A stretch of 43,321 bases of DNA from Catajapyx aquilonaris. Lineage: Eukaryota. Numbering within the stretch: the first letter of the stretch is position 1; each line of letters opens with the position of its first letter. This document shows positions 1 to 10,432 of the stretch, one piece after another. The notes below the pieces were generated by a model. The model was not told the origin of the DNA, searched no databases, and saw nothing but the letters and a program-made list of their open reading frames with translations. Where the stretch lies: assembly GCA_000934665.2 (NCBI GenBank), contig JYFJ02003351.1, forward strand, positions 1-43,321, written 5' to 3'. The position numbers and the translations under genes are program-made.

Positions 1-359
1 CTATGTAAGGACACTAGATACACCAAGTTTCATCAAAATCTGAGGGGTCAAGGCCTATTTTAATTCCAAACTGTGATGATTTGACATGGAATGACCCAAT
101 AATGTACAGAGAAACCAAATAGCGGACAGAGCTCCAGACTGAGTCTAGACGCAATACATTTTCTCATGGCTGCATATATGACCCCTATCAATTAGATCCA
201 AACCATTGAAAATAAATGGCAATTCCAAGTCGTTTAAACATGTATCAATCTGAATGTTTGATGACAATGGCTTCTCACCCTGTCCACACATAACATTTCT
301 GCACATACATAAATTTAGTCAGAGTAACTGCAAGAAGTTTAGAAGCTGCCACTGGAACC

Positions 360-649
360 CAAAGAGTTCTGCTATTATATAATATAATACCTAGAGGAGG
401 TACTCCCTATCCTTTTCCATTAGACAGGCTGAGGTAGCCGCCATCTTGTTGGAGGTAATATTGTTGTTCTAACAGTTGTCTAGCAACTGGGACAACAACC
501 AATAATGACAACTGGGCGACAATTAGTTCAATAATTTCAGGCGTCCGCCATCTTGTTGGAGGTAATATTGTTGCCTGCATTGTTGCCTGCCTCACATTTC
601 AGCCCGAGTGCCTCCTCTAGGTGTATATATAATATAGCAGAACTCTTTG
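360..649. mobile_element. hAT-type MITE
   Basis: About 45 bp imperfect TIRs (CAAAGAGTTCTGCTA...CTAGAGGAGG at 360-405; inverse at 606-649), 8 bp flanks ctggaacc / ctggaccc (7/8 identical TSD), and an internal 29 bp direct repeat CCGCCATCTTGTTGGAGGTAATATTGTTG at 438 and 545. Confidence 0.8.
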
Positions 650-839
650 CTGGACCCACAGCCAGAGTTGGTTTGTTGCCTGGCAAGGAACAATATTTTG
701 TGATCTTCTTTGTAGGGCTCATAAGTGATAGATGTTTTGCATGGTACTGTACAGACAGGGAACCGCTCAAAAGACCTAATCATGACATTGGCCAATTTCA
801 GTTATTCTGTGCTGCATTAGTGTCAGCATGCATACAGAT

Positions 840-1084
840 AATTGAATCACGCAATACATCAAGGGCCCAAGTGTGAAAAACCAAACTTTCCAGGAATCAA
901 AATAAACCGTCTAAAACTCTTCCTGCGCGCGTCGGAACAGAACTAAAATTATCTGTGCTGTAGCGGATTGGAAACTCAATTGATCTATATGTGCCAAAAT
1001 TAAAATACAGCTCATTATCAGTTTCAATAAATTAGTGAAGTGGTCACAATATATTGGGCCCTTGATGTATTGTACGATTCAATT
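840..1084. mobile_element. MITE, unclassified
   Basis: 31 bp inverted repeat AATTGAATC-RYR-CAATACATCAAGGGCCCAA at 840-870 and 1054-1084 (28/31 match); no clear TSD. Confidence 0.6.
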
Positions 1085-1511
1085 GTTAATTTTTTTTTCT
1101 AAATCGCTGTTTTCGGGTAGGATTGGTTTTTACACCCCTGATTAATTTTCTTCCCAAATCATTATTCATTATTGCAATTTAAAAAAATTAACTGGTCCAT
1201 TTGTGTAAAACCAATCAATGAAATGCTAAGATTGTGCAAGTACAGTAGGCACCCTGAGCTTAGCCCTTTGTTTCTGAGCATTTTTATTCATTTCTGAGAG
1301 ATGCGGAGCTCTGCCTCACCAACTTTGCCCAGCCTCCCTATTGAAAGTGGTCTATGCGATCATACACACCTTGTTTCTCTTATCTTATTTTTCATATGTG
1401 ATATGTGCATGTCTATAGGCCTACTGTAATTGGACATGGATCTATTCTTAATGGGGTGGCTATTTAGCATTGCAAAAAACTGTGACTTCATTTGTGTGTG
1501 TCTGGCCACTA

Positions 1512-2531
1512 GTCCGGGACCTAAGCGCAAAAATCAGGCCTAATTCTGCACTTTGTGATGAGAATATGCCACTTGGCACACACATTCCCTAGGCCTATAG
1601 GACCTATTTGAGAGCTGGCGCCACTTGATTGGCCACTTAGGTCCCGAATTATGCAGTCTGCCAACCTGGTCCAGGACATAAGCGTTTTAACTCGGCACTT
1701 TGTGATAAGAAGGTGCCACGTGACAGACATGTTCTCCAGGTCTTTATGAGCCATTTGAGAGATGGCACCACCTGTTCAGCCCCTTAGGTCACGAGTAATG
1801 CTATGTTGCCATGAATGTCAGCCTCTGAGGCTCAAAACATGAAAATGTCGTAAAAGGACGATAAAACCACATGAGAATGACAGACAATGATACATATCCA
1901 CTCTGCCGATGTATTACAAGGTAATGAGTTTACACCTGTCCATAATGAACCATGAGTACAGCGCAAACCTGTCAATTGCGGCAGTGGCGTCGCTAGTGTT
2001 GTTCTCACCCGGTGCGGCAACTCGTGGTGTCACCCCCCCCCCCCCCCNACTCGTGGTGTCCCCCCCCCCCATCCACCCCCCTGGCCCAAGGGCCAGGACC
2101 CTCTCCCATGCCCGACCATACAGAATACTTGGTTATTTTTTTGTACTAATGAAGCTCTCATGTATATCATTGATTGCCATGTGAATAGTTGTCATGAAAA
2201 GAACAAAATTTAAAAGTGTACACCTTTAAATTATTTCCGTAGTTTCCTGTGTTTAAGTGAAAATTCTCGATAAACAATAACAATCACTTGGGTGTCACCC
2301 GGTACGGTCCGCACCCCCCGCACCTGCCTAGCGACGCCACTGAATTGCGAAATTTTATGGAAATTGGGGTGTATGCAAAGGACATGCCATGTTTATTTTT
2401 TAAATTTTTGACCAAAGGGACCGATCAGGTGGCGCCATCTCTCAAATGGCTCCTAGAGACCTAGGGAACATGTCTGCCAAGTGGCACCTTCTCATCACAA
2501 AGTGCAAGGTTAAAACGCTTAGGGCCCGGAC
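1512..2531. mobile_element. Non-autonomous DNA transposon with long (about 120 bp) terminal repeats, left repeat duplicated in tandem
   Basis: Unit GTCCRGGACMTAAGCG...GCACTTTGTGAT...TTTGAGAG at 1512 and again at 1669; its reverse complement lies at about 2410-2531. Confidence 0.6.
1982..2342. mobile_element. hAT-type MITE nested in the 1512-2531 element
   Basis: 15 bp perfect TIR CAGTGGCGTCGCTAG / CTAGCGACGCCACTG, 8 bp flanks aattgcgg / aattgcga; a second partial copy lies at 32502-32671. Confidence 0.85.
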
Positions 2532-2939
2532 CACACTCATATAGCGGAAAATCCCAAGCTTATTTTTGTTTCTAAATGTTACATCAGATGGAAACAGCTA
2601 ATGGATTTGAAATTGGGTATTGTTGCCATCAACAATGGGAGTCTGTCTAAGGAAATTTTAGTAGTGATTCACTTAATATTCATTGTAGGAAGATTGGATT
2701 CCTTCAGTTCTATTGGGAAAAGTTTAACTGACATATTCCAAATACGAACAGTTACAAGCTAAAACTAGGGGCCTAGTTGACCTGAAACCATCTGGTAACC
2801 TTTTGGAACTCCCATCATATTGTACTGTACTGTACATCTCAGGGAATGCATATTACATAACAGGGCTATAATGTCGCCAGTTTGCATATTACTTGAGTAA
2901 TGGATAGTGCGCCACCTACTTTTAGCTTGTGACCATGTA

Positions 2940-3149
2940 CTATCGGACGCATAAAGAATGTCCGGGGAGATTCTTCGTTCAGCCTTGTGGAGGCAACCCA
3001 TTGCACCTGGGTAGCTAAGGGAGGAGGGAAAAAACTCGGCAGATAAGCATGGACGTACACACAAGTGTGTGTGTACACACCTGTGCAATGGTTTGCCTCC
3101 GCCAGGCTGAACGAAGAATCTCCCCGGACATTCTTTATGCGTCCCGTAG
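2940..3149. mobile_element. Tc1/mariner-superfamily (TA-target) MITE A
   Basis: 46 bp TIR CTA(T/C)(C/G)GGACGCATAAAGAATGTCCGGGGAGATTCTTCGTTCAGCCT with 2 mismatches, flanked by TA on both sides. Confidence 0.85.
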
Positions 3150-3151
3150 TA

Positions 3152-3362
3152 CACCCGCGAGCATAAAGATGGAGACGGCAGGCCCTCACCTTCGGCAGGC
3201 TGCTCTGCCAATTGCAGCTATTACGGTATCAAATATACTGTCATAAATACACGAACACACGCCTGATGCAGCGAACTCGGTCCAAAAAGAGTTCATTAAT
3301 TTGAGTCGGATAAAGAAAGGTCAAAAAAGGGCCTGCCGTCTCCATCTTTATGCACGCGGGGG
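3152..3362. mobile_element. Tc1/mariner-superfamily (TA-target) MITE B
   Basis: About 35 bp TIR C(A/C)CCCGCG(A/T)GCATAAAGATGGAGACGGCAGGCCCT, flanked by TA at 3150-3151 and 3363-3364. Confidence 0.85.
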
Positions 3363-3688
3363 TACATTCTGATACAAATTATGAACTAATTGAGGAGCTC
3401 ATAGCAAAAACGGCACATCCCAACCGACCTCCGATTTTGAGATTGTAGTGCTTTTGTACTCTCCTGCCATCTACCTTTCATGTGCTAAAGTGTGCTGAAG
3501 TCCCAAATGAATTGGGATATGCCGAAGCTCACATATTCCACTTGTAAAATTGGTCCGCAATGGAAAATCCTATTCTCTTGCAACACAAAAAGCCATTTAT
3601 CTCAAAATGAACTCCGTTTGGGATATGTCCCCACGGGATTTTCCTCTGAGAGCCTCAATTGTCATGATGGCAATAATTCTGAACGTAC

Positions 3689-4213
3689 CTCATCTTTCCT
3701 GGATGTTAGCAAGTCATAAGCATCCTTCTGGCGCTCAGGACCAGAGTCCATCATCTGATCCACAACTTCAAATAGTTCCCCATTCTGACTTGGTTCCACT
3801 GGATAGCTCAAGACTGCCTCTTCATCTGAGAAGTCATAAAACTCCTCCTCTTCATCATCATCATCAACTGGCGAACTGGTGAAGGCTGTCTTGATATCTG
3901 TTCCAGTGCTTCCAGTCTTGCTTGAGTTACTAAGTTTTCGTTTTGTAGGATATGAAAGTGAACCACCACCGCCCATTCTCTTGGTGGCAAAGTTCTTGAG
4001 CTCCTCTATGTCTCGTTGCAAATCATGAATGCTGGAGTGGAGGCGCGATATTTCAAGTGCTAATGAGTGGGTCACTTTCAGCTCAGTGTCTTGGTGAAGG
4101 CGATGATAAAGGAGATACACACTTCCTGCACCAATGGCTACACCTGCTCCCACCAAGGCAACATAGGTGGGTACGTGGCAGTTCATTGCTCGTACGCTCT
4201 TTGGCAAGGGGCA
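3689..4213 (-). CDS. RMDN: Regulator of microtubule dynamics (RMDN2/RMDN3, FAM82/PTPIP51-like), large N-terminal exon; gene incomplete in this window
   Basis: Acceptor ttttcag at 4214 and donor GAG|gtacgt at 3688; in-frame ATG at 4186. The protein shows an N-terminal TM segment (VALVGAGVAIGAGSVYLLY), a coiled coil (EISRLHSSIHDLQRDIEELK), a Ser/acidic linker with FFAT-like EEEEFYDFSDE, then the start of the TPR domain (LFEVVDQMMD...QKDAYDLL). Downstream TPR exons were not found in the window. Confidence 0.75.
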
Positions 4214-4651
4214 CTGAAAATGAATCAATTACATTCAAATAACATGCAAAAAATTAGGGAAGTGATAAACAGTACAGTTAACAAAGGACTTGGGGTAGAA
4301 ATAAATAACATAAAGCTGAAAATTGGTATGTGGGTGAAGACAATTCTAAGCAAAGTCAGAAGGTTCTGACTACTGTTTTTTTTCCCACGAGTCCAGCCTG
4401 GATGGATTTTTAGGTTCAGTACAAGTCTACATGCCCATGTGAGGTAATGAGGAATGCACCAAGTTATTCTTATGGTTCTTCACACAACTTTTGACACCCC
4501 ATGCTATTGAATTGGACAACTTTTATGTTTTTCGCTCCACCCTATTCCGCATACTGTAACATAATTTCATAATTAAATCAGTTTAAGAGTTGGCCGGTAA
4601 TACCTGGCGATGGTGATGGCGATATAGCAGGTAGCGAAGGGGTTAATAGTA

Positions 4652-4730
4652 CAGTTGAATCCAGATAGAACAAACTTCAAGAGAACACGGAAAAAGTCTG
4701 TTATAACCAAGGTCTGTTATAGCCAAATCG
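4652..4730 (+). mobile_element. pogo/Tigger-like MITE left end (fragment)
   Basis: TA|CAGTTGAATCC terminus followed by repeated GTCTGTTATA(A/G)CCAA; resembles the element at 30773. Confidence 0.4.
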
Positions 4731-5103
4731 TCACGCAATGAAAACAGATTTCTGCTTTCCGTATGGCTGCAATATGCACTACTAGACTACATACCGATTA
4801 ATGAAATCTGTCAAAAATGCAATTTCCTTGCTTGTTGTCTGCATGTGACCTTTATATCATGCATTTTTCAACAAACCCTCATCAGTTAAAAAGTGCCAAG
4901 GAAGTAATTGCAAGTGTGGTGTGTATATTACCTGCCAGTGTCAGCAGAAGGTGCCTGTGACCTCCCGTAAGGTCCAAGAAATAATCTTGTGTGAATGATT
5001 CATCAGTTATCGCAATCAGCTGCTGGACCTCACTATCTTGATAAAACATGTGGGTCAGAGGAGAAAAGTGGGGATGAATGCAGCATAGTGCCAGCTCACT
5101 TAA

Positions 5104-5573
5104 CCCTTAACTACATAGGTGGAGCCTGAGAGGCTCCAACCACTATTGAAACGCATCTAACTTTTTCATTGAATTTGTTTTTCCCTGTCCTTCCGTGACT
5201 TTGTCAGAAAAACCTTCCTAAGCATGAAAACGAAAGAATAAAATTTGTAGTCCCTATTGTTTGATTGAAAAAAAATTCGTAACGAGGAACAGGTCCCTCC
5301 TGGAACTGCTCAGGCTCTACCTATGCAGGTGAACCCTGAGCGGCTCAAACATGATGTAACCTTTTAATTAAAAAAATTTCCCTGTCGGAATATGATGACT
5401 CAGAGTGTGATTTTTACGTTTTCGGAAGCCTAATGATCTGAACTGCACTTTCTGTATGTGAAAAGTCCAATATAACAATTTAGTTGATAAGCAGAGATTT
5501 AAATATACCGTTAGAGCCTCTCAGGCTCCACCTACGTAGTTAAAGGTGTTTCGCCCACCTACGTAGTTAAGGG
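5104..5573. mobile_element. piggyBac-type MITE
   Basis: TTAA at 5100-5103 and 5574-5577, termini CCCTTAACTAC(A/G)TAGGTGG / CCACCTACGTAGTTAAGGG, and an internal subterminal copy at 5514-5546. Confidence 0.9.
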
Positions 5574-6310
5574 TTAATTGCTCCTACAATTGCCTGTCAC
5601 TGCTAACTGATTGTTGCCCAGTTTCAAGCTGCTTGCTCTCGTGCGGATGAGGATTTATACAAGCACACAATGACCTTCAGCAAGACTACTGACTAATTAC
5701 TAATCTCTTCTAATTTTCACCATCACTAACATCTCTCACCCGCCTCTCACGTTCGTCAAGTCACTCTCAATCCTGGGTGCGCACGTGCATCCGACTAATA
5801 ATGCCCGCCATTGTCGCACTTATACAATACAAGTCGAGACCTGACTCACAACAGTCAGCTCCGTCCGTGACTTTGATAGTAAGTGTATAAAAAGAATTTA
5901 TGACACTGAATTTACTGGACTGCTTCAGACCCCAGACTACTTTCCTATCTTCTCCTTACCCGGTTCCCCCGGTTCCCCCTGCAGCGCTCCGTCTGACCGT
6001 CTCCGATGAGTCCAATAAAGTGTCGATCACGGGTGTCGATTTAACCCATGTTTGGTGTTTCGACGGTCGGCGCTAGGATTCTCACACATGGACACGGAAC
6101 TTACCTGGTGCGTTTTATTATTCCGTCCATGGACTGGAGAGGAGGAGCATCATGACGTATTCGAGCGGACGGAACGGTCGAGGGCGCTTACAATCGGCAA
6201 CCCGCAACCGCGATATTCAAAACCCAATGCCTCCGCATATTACTCGTGCAGGGTGTAGTCTCCTCCCCTCCTCCTTACATATACTCCCCGAAATTATGGG
6301 CGCACCTTAC

Positions 6311-6325
6311 CTTATACTCTGACAT
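6311..6325 (-). CDS. Candidate RMDN first coding mini-exon (MSEYK)
   Basis: ATG TCA GAG TAT AAG|gtaagg is phase 0 and in frame with the exon starting at 4213 (CPLPKSVRAMN...). Confidence 0.4.
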
Positions 6326-6329
6326 CGTC

Positions 6330-7130
6330 TGGCATAATTTCTTATAGTGGTTATCAAAAGTATCAGCTGCTAGTTAATTAATATATGCCATGTACGCCTT
6401 GATGATGATTTTTTTAAAAATATGAATGCATTCGCAGCATTCAGCACACTTTATTATTGGAAGTGCCGGTATTCAAAAATTCACTGCGATGCGTTACCCC
6501 AGTTACCGGTACCCATTTACATGAAACCTTGATGAAACGAATAATTCGTTGACCGATTAACATCTTATAAAGTCGCGCTTGAGATGTATGCCTATAATTA
6601 GAGTCAGCCCATCAGCCACACACTGAGAAAAATGGCAAATGGAATGAAAATTGATCATACTGTTCGATAAGTTATTCAGTCATAATATATTTTGCGACAT
6701 TATTTTGTTGATTCGGTTCGATTCAGTTGAATTTACACCGTGCTGCCATGCTGCCATCTGGCGGAGCAATTTTACTAAGTCTACTATCTACCGCCAGATG
6801 CCTTGGTAATAGGCAACTGAACTATCAAAAGCGTGATCCGGCGTGATCAAAAGATTCCTGTTACTGTTTATATTTTTGTACTGTACTGTGCACGTTAATC
6901 GACGTTAATAGTATAGCAGAAATCTTTGGGACTACCCACCTCTGTATATTAATCAAATTGTAACAAACAAGCGTTGAAATCATGGTTGAAATCACGGTTG
7001 AAATCGTTGTTGAAATAAAACTAGAAGAACCGCCGCTCGCCGCGCCACACTCGCCAGGGGTGACGAGGGGCCAAACTAGTTGCATGCATACATGTGCTCG
7101 CCCTTATTGGCCTTTTATTTTGCGAATTTT
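6330..7130. promoter_or_regulatory. Putative bidirectional promoter region (RMDN / mRpS10) with a CTCF-like motif
   Basis: Lies between divergent first exons and is relatively CpG-rich. 6749-6764 reads CCGCCAGATGGCAGCA on the minus strand (CTCF consensus-like), with an inverted CCGCCAGATG at 6791-6800. Confidence 0.5.
6973..7016. repeat. 12 bp tandem repeat, about 3.7 copies (GTTGAAATCNNN)
   Basis: gttgaaatcatg gttgaaatcacg gttgaaatcgtt gttgaaat read directly. Confidence 0.85.
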
Positions 7131-7217
7131 CAGAAATGAACTGAAAAGTAGGGCAGGATTTTCATCTAGGCTTTTGGAAAAGTTCACCTGCATCTGGGCC
7201 TTACTAGAATTGTGGAC

Positions 7218-10200
7218 ATGAATATTCTGAATGTGAGTAGTTTGTTGGCTTTTGGTGGTAGCTGTGTGCTTGCAGTGTCACAGTGCAGGGTGCTTGGAAT
7301 GAACTTTTTGAAAAATACTTAAAAGTATGTTAACATGTATGCTGAACTATTGCTTCTAATGGAACCAATGGAAAAATATTGTAAATATTGCTCTTAGCCT
7401 TAGAAGGTCATGGAGCTGCCACTTCTTGCCCTCATTGTCATCACATTCCTATAATTCTCTCCAGATGACATGGAGAATCATGTGACAAATTTCTTGTGGT
7501 ATTGTCACAGTCATAGTTTCAATTTTTTGTCAGATGTTTTATGCATCTGGTAGGTTGGTAGTTGCAATGTGTAAAGCCTGGTTTCCACCGGCATAATTTT
7601 TGATCGCAAAATGAAAAGCACAAAAATAGAGCACAAAATCAAGCAAACTTTATTATTACTTTATTGTTATATTATTATTACTTTATTATTAATTGCCTAG
7701 CAACAAAAATTGTTATGGCTTGCATTTTTTGCATATTTTGCATTTGTCCATAACAAAAATTATGCTGGTGGAAACAAGGCATAAGTTGGCCTGTTCTTGG
7801 TCAACCACAGCAACTAAGCCGGAAGAACTTCATGTCAGCGAAACTTGTGGTGTATCAAGAGTTGATCAGAGTTAAAATGTTGCATTTATTTGTTGTGAAC
7901 CACTGTGGGTGACTAATAGGTATACAGCAACCGTTCTTTGCACCACAGTCAATCTCAGTGATCATTTAAGACAATGCAAAAAGTCTTATTAAAAAGGCTC
8001 AAAAATGCTCATGGTTTTTAAAGCAGTTCTTGGAGCATCCTGGACTAGCTGGTCCTCCACTGGAACTGCATTTTTATTATAACTAGTTCCAATGATTATA
8101 CAAAGGGGTTCTAGTGGAGTGTTACACCTAGAAACATTGATCTACTAGTGAAACACAATTACCAAAATTTTTACTAGTGCCTTGCTAGTGTGCCCTGTAG
8201 TTCTAAGCCCAAGATTGACAGTAAGGCAATTTAGTAGCGTTATGAGCCACTCTTAGTTGCTGTGATTGTGTTTTGTACTCTCTGAATAATGGCTGTGTGA
8301 CACACACAATCACCTGAAATTGATGTCAGTGTAGACCAGCACATTGCCACTTTTGCATTGTTTCCCAGCCTAAGAATGGCCTTCCAACATCCCACATGAC
8401 ATCGTTAACTACATTACTAATGAAACTGGTATGGTACACGAGGTATCACCATATATTCTGCAGCATGCCGGTATAAAACAAAGTAAAGCGGGGGACCGGC
8501 ATACCCCAAGGGAGCTGGCCTGTCAGTATAAAGTGGAGCAGTGATCATGATTTTTTCTTCACTTCCAATTTATCACTAATAAATTTTAAAATGGCACCCC
8601 TTGGTGTGAGTTATTGCCTCACAGGCGGACAATGTTTTGGGATGCTTTGCAGTGCTTGTAAGTAATATATATGGAGTTTTTTTAGCTTGTATGCTTGTGA
8701 ATAGGACTTTTTCATCATCATCATCAACATCACGACATTTCCCTATGAGGGGAAGTCAGCGATGAAGGGAGACACAAGCTAACTCAACATATGAACTAAA
8801 TTAAAACTTGTGAAAATAAAACTATAAACAACCCGTCCCACCCCCCACCCATGCGCATCTCAATCAAGCCCCCCCNCGCCACCAGCCACTACTCTGGACG
8901 CACTGACCACACCGACAAGTATTGCACCACCCTTGCACCTCATCAACCCCGCCAGGGACGTCCCCTCTACTCACACCGTTTCCATTAACCCTAACATCCC
9001 CATAACGACCCAACACTCCCTCATACCCCGGGCGAGAGACACCCACCCAAGAATTAAAATCCCCTGCAAGAATTATCCTGTCATTACCATTAAAACCATC
9101 CAACACAGCACTTAAACTATCCCAGAACCTCTCCGTATCCTCTTCCGAAGATGAGTCAACTGGTGCATACACAGCCACAACCACAATCCTAGTCTTAACC
9201 ACCTTCAGACTCACGCACATTATTCTCACTGACCTGACTATTTATTTGTGAGAAAGTGCGAATACAGAACTGCCTTTCAAATTTTTCGATATGAATTCGT
9301 CCATTAACTGTTAATCATCAAGTTTGTCGACCTCTTCGGAATAAATATGCAACATTGTTACGCCGTTCAATCGATTTTGGGACATCATTGTTCGAAGATA
9401 ATTTTTCAGACGTTTCAGGACCGAGAAACGAGCATGACAATTTTTTTCTGTTGATATTTCTTCTCATTTGACCATTTGCTCCCCGATTTCGGGTGGGGAA
9501 TTTCCCCATATGGGATCATTCCGGTGGGGAGTGCTCCACACCCACACCAGGTCTTTCACCGGCCCTCCATGCTAGTATAGTCACCAGATATGCATTTTCT
9601 AAAATCTGGTCACCTTGATTTTACCAGCATGCAGCAAAATGCATGGTAATACAGTTGTTTCAAAATCCTTATTTCAGTGAGAGTAGACAATTGCCAAACC
9701 CTGACGTTTGCAATATTGTCAGTCACTTTTGTCAAAAGTGAATTAGGCATGATATGATGTGCAGTTCTCAAAGCACACTGGATGATGGTCATGTCAATTT
9801 AATGCTACTGCAGCAGTCACCGTCTCCTAGAAGAATGTTTTTAAAATTGCAATGTGTGTTAAAGTCGAGTGTTGCTTGTCTGCTTGGATCAGAATGCTGC
9901 AACTGGCAGCAACAGTCAAACGGATCTGGATGAGCAATCAGGACCTTACTACACTTTGCTGATATGGTTTTCCCTTCTAAGGGCTGCACAACTCTGAGAG
10001 AGTAAAAACAATCAAATAAAATATTGTGCCCAAGGGGAGGCTGAGTGGTGCTGCGGTAACGTATGGACCCACGGATGTTAAGGTCCTGGGTTCGATCCCA
10101 GCCCAGGGACACCCCCTTCATCTCGTGCAGAGTTGGGTCGTCTCTGGCTTCGTCTCGGGTGGCATTTCCGAAAGACTAAGCCACCCAGGGGAGTTCACAA

Positions 10201-10364
10201 AATGTACCGCATGAGACATTGCACTTGCACTTTGCACATCCCCTCCTGTCATCCTGCCCGTGGGCCCAGGCGTTTCAATTAGTAGGTTCCAATGTATAAT
10301 AGTACAATAAAGGTTCCGTGTGATACACCCCCACCGGGTGTGAAAGCACTTACCCAGGATTATT

Positions 10365-10432
<68 letters not shown>

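Noticed and set aside
1..97. Right end of a DNA transposon (...TTGACATGGAATGACCC)
   Set aside because: Looks like a TIR, but its partner end is outside the window, so it cannot be confirmed.
2765..3246. ORFs of 148, 107 and 65 aa sharing the AERRISPDILYAS peptide
   Set aside because: The shared peptide comes from the two TIRs of MITE A; non-coding.
100..3660. Downstream RMDN TPR-domain exons
   Set aside because: No convincing LWRLA-type exon with splice sites was found; they probably lie left of the window, or I missed them.
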